The notes beneath the pieces are model-generated. The model was not told where the DNA came from and did not search any database. It saw only the letters and a program-made list of their open reading frames with translations. Shown here piece after piece: positions 56,113-64,000 of a stretch of DNA of 64,000 nt. The stretch spans positions 1,674,001 to 1,738,000 of the forward strand of contig OZ024748.1 of NCBI GenBank assembly GCA_964016885.1. The letters run 5' to 3'. How positions within the stretch are numbered: the stretch's first letter is position 1; each line of letters starts with the position of its first letter. Source of the DNA: Eledone cirrhosa. Taxonomy: Eukaryota. The translations under genes and the position numbers were made by a program.

Positions 56113-56382
56113 CTGAACACGTGCAGAATCTGGGTGTGATTTCATCACTTGGACCAATAGCTGAGGAAAACTTGTTTCCATGATGGCTTTAGCATTATTT
56201 GGGGAACGTAATGACAGGGCCCCTATCAGTACACAGCCACCCTCACATACATATGACTTCGACACATGTTTTGAGAGGGCAACTAAGGTGATATCTACCA
56301 CACCAGATGTCCCAATGGCTTCTTTAACCACATCATTTCGAGCTAAACACTGGAATACAGTCATTGTTCGAGAGCAGATTGA
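56113..56382 (-). CDS. ARMC6: ARMC6 exon
   Basis: LARNDVVKEAI...ALSLRSPNNAKAI...MKSHP; 270 nt, phase 0. Confidence 0.92.
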
Positions 56383-57509
56383 CTACAAAGAGAAATTTAT
56401 TTCGTTTAAAAACTCATGAACAAAATAAAGTTTTCGAGTGGGAGGCTTAGTAAGAGGAGGAAGGAAAATATGCCTGACCTTTTGTGAGGCCTTTAATATT
56501 GGAGAAATAAACCATGTCTTATGGTTATCTTCAGACAGAAGATAACCATGAACATGGTTTCTTGAGACAGGAGTGTACTCTGTTAAAAACAACCAGGGGC
56601 TAGGTGGTGGTGTTAAACCAGATGGGGAGTTGAATCTATCATCTGAAATCAAGTACAGTCAATCTGACAGGCTTCCTCACAGTTTCCATTCACCCAATTT
56701 CACCCACAAGGTTTTGGGTTAACCCAAGGTTATGATAGAAGACTACTACAAATTGTCACAGAGTGAAATCAAACCTGGAGCCATGTGATTGTAAAACAAA
56801 CCTCTTAACTACATGGTGCCCACATAGATGGATAAAAAACCAAATTATTAGTTTAAATTCTATCAATGAAACTAAGTTGTCTTGGGGTTGAGCATTAGAT
56901 GAAATGCCCTGCAGTATTTATTCTGAGTCTTTGCATTCTGAATTCAAAAGTCAACTTTGTTTTTCATCCTTTCAGGGTCAATAAATTACAGATCTTAACC
57001 AGTAGACAGAACCACTGGGCCACCAGACTTGTGGTATTTGTTCCAGTTCTTTGTGTTCTGAGTTCAAATCTCATTGTGGCCTACTTGTGCGCTAGACAAC
57101 TTAATGCATTACCTTGTTTAACACCAGCACCACCTGGCTCATGGATACCTTTAGTGAAACCTACTCTCTTACAAACATTCAGACCAGGTCTATTGTTTGA
57201 GGGTACCCCTCTCCAAAATCAAGGTATCTTGTTTGAGGGTACACCCCTACTAAACACAGGTCTCTGGTTTGAGGGTAGATTCCTACTAAACCAAGTGCTC
57301 TTGTGTGAGGGTACCCTCTTACGAAACCAAGGTTTCTGGTTCGAGCCCCCCCCCCCCTACTAAACAAGTCTCAGGGGCTTTGTAAAGGGGACATAGGAAC
57401 TGCTTTTTATCCAGGCTAAGCAATTAAATGAAAAAAAAAACGCTATGAGGCTACCAATATGTCTGTGGTTTCCCAAATAATGTTCTGTATGAAATTCCAA
57501 TTCACTTAC

Positions 57510-57655
57510 AGGATTGTCCAAATTGTCCAGGAATACCGAAGTCAGGAATGAAACACCATCAAATTCGTACACTTGCTGACAGAACTCGTTTCTTACTAAC
57601 AACGTAGGAAGTGTTGTGAAGAGTTCTTTAAGAATAGCGACATCTTTACTATAAC
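57510..57655 (-). CDS. ARMC6: ARMC6 exon
   Basis: ELFTTLPTLLVRNEFCQQV; phase 1-0. Confidence 0.92.
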
Positions 57656-57989
57656 CTGAAATAGAACAATAACAATTCCAATGATATTTATGGTAACAAA
57701 GCAGTTGCTTTTAAAAGCATTGGAAAAATTTGAAATGTGTGTGTCCCAACACAAATGACCATAATAATAGTTGATCACTATAAATAATAGTTGAGAAAAA
57801 TCAAGTAAAAGTACCCCTAGATACAGAGGCACTTCAGTCCACATATTTTTGTGGATTCAAATTACATTTTATTTAATTACATAAACTGGAGAAATGGTAG
57901 CACCGATGGTTCTTTTCACGAATATATAAATATAACTAGAAAAAAAATAAAACAAAAAAGAATTTCAAACATTTCAAAAAGCTACTCAC

Positions 57990-58653
57990 TTTTACACAGC
58001 TCCAAAATCAACAAAAGTCCAGAATCTTCTGTTGCTATCAATCTACAGGTTTCATGAGCATTTCCAAAGGGGACAGATGAATCATCATCAACTGTTAACA
58101 CACAGAATAACGTACATATTGCTTTCACTAGTTCCTTCTCGTCTTTGTAAGATCTAAGTAAGTCCATTAGTTTAACCACAATGTTACCGGTAATATAACT
58201 TTTCTTGTTAGCTTCGTTAGTAATACAAGATGTACTAATTACTTTGATTGTTTGCAACAGTATACCAGTGTTGGCACGATAGAGGTCTATAAACTCCAAA
58301 AAATATTTAGTATCAGCAGGTTTCATCAATTTAGACTGTCCCACTAAAAGTACGTCAACAGCATTTAGAAAACTCTGTAATAGTTTGTTGTTGTCACACT
58401 TTTGTAGTTTTTCCAAGAATTTAAACAAAGTAGTGTAAGCGCCATTGGCACCAGCAAGGGAACTTTTGGCAAAATCTGAACATTCTTCGACAAGATCAGA
58501 AATCATTTTCTCTAGCTGTATTTCATTAATGTCATTCTCAGTCAAATATTCTTTCAACTGTTTTGTAATCTTTACAGCAGTGTGGACTACAGGACCATTG
58601 TTCTCTGAAGAATATACTGCACTATCTTTCACAAGTAAACTCAAATTTACGTC
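57990..58653 (-). CDS. ARMC6: ARMC6 exon
   Basis: cag|DVNLSLLVK...LTVDDDSSVPFGNAHE...ELCK a|gtgagt. Confidence 0.92.
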
Positions 58654-59380
58654 CTGGAAAGAGAGAGGGAGAGAAATATGGAGTGATAAATTAACAAATT
58701 GTAAAAGATGATTATTTAATGCAATTACATTGTGGAAGAATAATTTTAGCCATTCAAAAACCACATAAAACGTATGTTCACTTTTCATTTATTTTAGAGT
58801 ACAGTAGAACTTCAGTTCACAAACTCCTGAAGGCCGTTTGACACCCAAAATATTCGTAAACTGTAACGATTTTTCCCATACGAAATGTTGAGAGAAAGAG
58901 ACTGTGTGTAAAAAAACAGATAGATATCATTGTAGTAACTAACTACACAGCAAGTGATGCTTTCCCACTGATATTCTAAGCTTGTTGCCAACCGTTGTTG
59001 CTGGTTTGTGTGTTCATTACTTGAGACATTTTATGTTTGGAAAAACTATTCATGAACTGATTTGTTCATGATGAGAGGCATTGGTTATCCTTTTGTGGTT
59101 GATAATAAAGTACCAGTTTGGTGTCACATCTTTCTGTATGTATCTTTCTCACTATGTCTCCTTCTCTGGAAAAAATGGACTGTGTTCAGAGCTAGAGATG
59201 GGACAGATCTTTGATTTGAGGATGAGCTCCACAGGGTTTAAAATGCCCAAGAAATACTGTATGTTGCTATGGCATTCCTACACCTCATTGGAAGTTATAA
59301 GACTATACATACATATACACACACACACACACATGCATACATACACACACACATACATGTGTAATGTTCTAGCAACTTAC

Positions 59381-59497
59381 CTGAGTTTTAAACTGACAGA
59401 GAGCATCCTCCAAAGCTTCTTCAGGACTCATCTCAAATTCTTCAATATTCTCAACAACAACATCATCAAAGGTTTCCTGACTGATTAGTTTAGACAT
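59381..59497 (-). CDS. ARMC6: ARMC6 first coding exon
   Basis: cag|MSKLISQETFDDVVVENIEEFEMSPEEALEDALCQFKTQ|gtaagt; the acceptor directly before the ATG implies an upstream non-coding exon. Confidence 0.93.
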
Positions 59498-59729
59498 CTG
59501 GAAAATAGTCACAGTATTTTCAAGATTACATGATATTTGTTTAAAAGAGATCTTTTTTAGGAGGCCAGTCGTTATATTGTTGTTTAGTCCTAACCTAGTT
59601 CTGATATGGTCAGTCATTCTGGCTATGATCAACCCATCTTTTTCCATGACCCTGATATCTAATGAGACCCTTTCCTTTTGAATTAATATTTTATTTTACT
59701 ACTTATTTAGGGAGGGAAAGGCAGCACTA

Positions 59730-60060
59730 TGTAAGGTGGTATTGCTCAGGCCACAATAAAATGCACCCAGTCCACCCTGTCAGGTGGTAGTACTCGGGCC
59801 ACAATAAAATACACCCAGTCCACCTTGTCAGAGTGGTACTGTAGGGGCCACAATAAAATGCACACAGTCCACCCTGTCAGGTGGTAGTGCTCGGGTCACA
59901 ATAAAATGCACCCAGTCCATCTTGTCAGGGTGGTATTGCTGGGGCCACAATAAAATGCAGTCCACACTGTAAGTGTTGATGTCAAGATAAAATACACGTA
60001 GCCCACACTATAAAGCAGAAGTTTTTATGTCATGAAAAAGGCATGCAATCCACACAGTCA
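59730..60060 (+). repeat. 48/49-bp minisatellite from the RTE/SINE tail segment
   Basis: gccacaataaaatgcacccagtccaccctgtcag repeated ~5-6x. Confidence 0.85.
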
Positions 60061-61681
60061 TCTGACTTGCCTGTCTAACCTCAGAATATGATAACCCTTC
60101 TAACCCGTCAAGCTTGAGAAATAGATATAAAATGGTAAAGATGATTTAATCTCATTTATGAAATTATTTTTATTATTAATATTATTATTTTTTATTTGTT
60201 TGACTGAAGAGGTGGGACATGCTCGTAACCATTCAAAACAGTCGTAGATGTGTGTTTGTATAGAGGGGGGGGGGGGGGGGGGGGAATAAGGTTTACTTAA
60301 AGAGGCTTGTGCAGTTAATATTTATGTAGGGCTGGTACGGGTTTGTTCTTTAACTGCCTAAGCACCACTACAACTTGTGATCAGAGAAAAGAAACAATTA
60401 TAAGGACTGAAAAGTACTTCAGACCAAGACATGTTCAGATCTGCCAAAAATCTAATTAATTTATGGCTTTTACAAGTTAGTTTTTTAACTGCTTCAACAC
60501 TTGCGATTGAAAGGTAGAAGAAGTATTTAACCCTTTAATTTTCAAATTGTTTTGAAAATAATCAAGAATTTGTGGGGATTTAGCAATATGAAGGTGCATG
60601 GCTTAGTGGTTAAGGAGTTTGATTCACAATTGTGAGGTTGTGAGTTTGACTCCCAGACTGGGTGATGCATTATGTCCTTGAACAAGACACTTTATTTCAT
60701 GTTATTCCTTCTGTCAAGAATTATGAATGGTAGATAGTATCAACAATTGGAAACAATGTTTCTTTAGTTCAATTTGATGAGTTTCACCCCACTTGGTAAG
60801 AGAATGAGGTCTTGGGGTCGTTGTTCGATCCAAAAGAGAAGAGAAGTGATATAACTATCTTTCTCATTATTAAGCTGATGTTTGGAACAACAAAATTCTT
60901 ACATAAAATTATGATGGAAGGGTTTCAAATAAATATAAACACTTTAAAACAGCTTTGTATGATAGAACCAGGTGGTGGTTTCAAGTGAATTGGTATCAAA
61001 AGTGTTCAGATCAAAACATGTTCAAAGCTGCCATTGTGTCTACTGAGAATCTGGCTAAGGACTGGTGGAAGTTATTATTTTTTTAATATTATTAAAGCAC
61101 CACTACAACTTGGAAAGAAGTACTTTAGCCTAAAACATGTCCAGGGTTGCCAAAGACAAACTAGGAGTAAAAAAGTACTTAAGACTAAATCATGTCCAGA
61201 GTTGCCAAAAATCAGATTAATTAGGGTTGGTGCATGTTAGTTTTTTAATTGTATATGTACCACTACAACTTCTGAAGAAGTACTTCAGTCCTAAACATAT
61301 CCAGAGTAGCCACTGTGTCTGCCAAAGATCAGATAAAATTTCCCTTGTCTACTATTTACTCATTTCCAATTTGAGATTTCTGTGTTAGTTCTGGCTCCTA
61401 GCATTCTGTTTATTTACCAATTCAGCTTTGCCTTTCATCCGTCTGGAGATTGATAAAATAAAGTACCAGTCAAAATGAGGGGACTGACAAAATTGTTAGC
61501 TATTTCGTTTCTCTTATGGTGTTAAATTCCCTTGGGAAAAGCATGAACATTTCCAAATCTATTTTTCTTTTCCACAGAAGCTACAAGGCGAATATCTGAC
61601 CACAAGAAATATCAAACTGACAACTAGTTATCGCACTAGAGGATGGTAGAGAAATCTCTCTCTCTCTTTCTTTCTTTATTT

Positions 61682-61724
<43 letters not shown>

Positions 61725-63325
61725 TGTAGGTAAAATGTAGAAGCCCCGTAAACTCAATCATATGGCACAAAAAAAAAAAATTTCCCTCTAATAATTGTAT
61801 GCTGATAGTTGTACAATATGTAGAGGATGAAATAGTTCCAGAAACAATCGGAATATTGGCAATTTTAATTCCCTTTGTTTTTGGCTGCAGTATAGATGGT
61901 GTATTACAGAAACGATTTCTTTAGAACTCGGAGAGATAACAATGAAAGAACACATGAACACACAACAAAATTATCTTAAAATAGTAACCGAAGAGAGAAA
62001 CATCTGAGCTGTCTTTATTTATTAGAAATAACTGGTTTCTCCCTCACCCCTATCGGATAAATCTTTTGCCTTTTATTATCTATTAGAAATAGCAGCAAAA
62101 ACAACCTCAAATCACAATCTTCCGTCTTAGACAAAGATTATTTGGGATGTAGTAGTTGATACACTATGACAGGGTGGTCATAACTGGAATATGTTTATCG
62201 TAAGTCCATATACTCCGAGCAAAGCTGAGACTAAACAACAACAATTGTTAAACATCTTAAGGAATGAAAGGGTAGTGGAAGCGGTTCATTTTTCATTGTC
62301 ATTACCATCGGATGGTACCTTTTAGATGTCAATAACCGGCTGATAACATTAAACAGAGGATATGACACTATCCTGAGAGACTTTGAGACCCAGTATTTTT
62401 AATAACCGTCAGATAACACTATACGTGATTATAATAAGTGGCTTCCGTCGTGTTTTATAAACAGTATAAAGTGTAACTGAGTAGAAATATATATATAATA
62501 GTAACAACAGTATTCTTTGATTGAACTGACAACACCAGAATACACAATTTTAAGCAACGAGGGACGGTAATAACGACATAAATAAGGTAGATAGTTAGAT
62601 AACTATCGATTTGGATGGGAAATTGAATGAGTAAGGGAATTCTAAGGAAGCAAGACGCCGGTTGTATTATTATACAGAGTTTGTAATTTTAGAACAATCT
62701 TAGCTTTCCGCTATCTATTGATATATTTTGTTAAGCTATTTTCCCCCGCTTTTATCAGCAGAAATGAAAACCTTCTTTATAATAAAAATACATGTAATAA
62801 AACTGAATTAAAATGGTTCATTATAGACACTTACGATGAATATATCCTGCAAAACTTACAAGTCAGTCATAACGTGGTAGACAGTCAAACCATGCTTACC
62901 TCCCTTAGTTTGTCCCTCTCCGATACTACATTTGTTTTTTACATGAACGAGGCAGCCACTATGTGGTTGCTCAACCTGCTAGAAAAAACAACCTAATCTC
63001 CTCAAGTCGTAACCTGCCACAGAAGCATAAAAACACATCTTTGGGACGCGGATAATTGTTAGTGTTAACATATTTAAGGCAGGGAACATTAATAACCACA
63101 TGTGTCCGTGTCTATGTTTACGTTTACTGATTGTTTGTGTTTTGTAACTTAGTGGTTCGACTAATAGAGATCGATAAAATATGCATCATACTTTGTGTCG
63201 ATATGATCAACTAAATCCTTTGAAAGCAGTACCCAAGCATAGCTGTATACATACATACAAGCATATATGCATATACATATATGTGTGTGTGTATGTATGT
63301 ATATATATTTAAATGCATACGTGTC

Positions 63326-63389
<64 letters not shown>

Positions 63390-63390
<1 letters not shown>

Positions 63391-64000
63391 GGAAATGCAT
63401 TTGACTCCATTGAGTTCACCCTACTATTCATAGAACTGAAGAACCAAGGAGTGGACTCTGCTTACGTCACACTATTAAAGGATCTTTATAATGGCACTAC
63501 ACCCACTCTCAGATTACACCAACACAACGACAAGATCAAGTTAGAAAGAGGAACAAGACAAGGAGATGACATTTCCCCAAGAATGTTTACATGTTGTTTA
63601 CAGGATGTCATCATTAACAAAGTCAACTGGGAGAACAAAGGCATCAATATAAATGGTGAACTCCTATGACACCTGGACTTCGCAGATGACATCATCCTAA
63701 TAGCCCACAAACCAAAAGAATTGGAGGGGATGTTCAATGTTATCCACACTGTGAGACAACCAGTAGGCTTTAACATCTATTTTGGGAAAACTAAGGTCAT
63801 GTTGAACAGCCACACTAAACCATCACAAGTTATTGTAAATAGAAAGGCCATTGAGGAAGTAGACAGTTATGTGTACCTCTGAAAGAAGGTTGCAAGAACT
63901 GGTGCCCTACTTCCAGAGGTTAAAAGAAGGATTGTGCTTGGCTGGGAAGCTTTTGGAAAAGTTTATAACATCTTTAGAAGTCCCAAGTCAACAATCGAAA
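63390..64000 (+). mobile_element. RTE-clade reverse transcriptase fragment (runs off the window)
   Basis: AFDSIE, RGTRQGDDISPRMF, GININGE, LDFADDIIL, KTKVM, YVYL with in-frame stops. Confidence 0.88.

Overview
AT-rich, intron-containing animal DNA. The SINE/RTE repeat content and (TA)n load suggest an octopod cephalopod (inference). Four spliced genes can be built by hand from GT-AG boundaries: a CED-6/GULP1-type PTB adaptor (+, 10 exons 7368-33932, 5' end not found in the window), AK6 (-, 39755-42922), PARP16 (+, 44410-49689, head-to-head with AK6) and ARMC6 (-, 55214-59497). The rest is tRNA-derived SINEs, RTE and CR1 LINE fragments, MITEs, a 5'-truncated Penelope-like (GIY-YIG) element and mini/microsatellites; the long Y/I/M/C-rich ORFs are microsatellite artefacts. 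The main unexpected signal is about 10 loci with type I hammerhead-ribozyme motifs from several unrelated sequence families. Many have palindromic stem III and very long (up to ~100 nt) stem II, and one has a compensatory U3-A8 core. They sit in or beside (TA)n tracts, often as inverted fold-back pairs, and most are inside GULP1 introns in the sense orientation. All folds were read by eye and have not been computed or tested.
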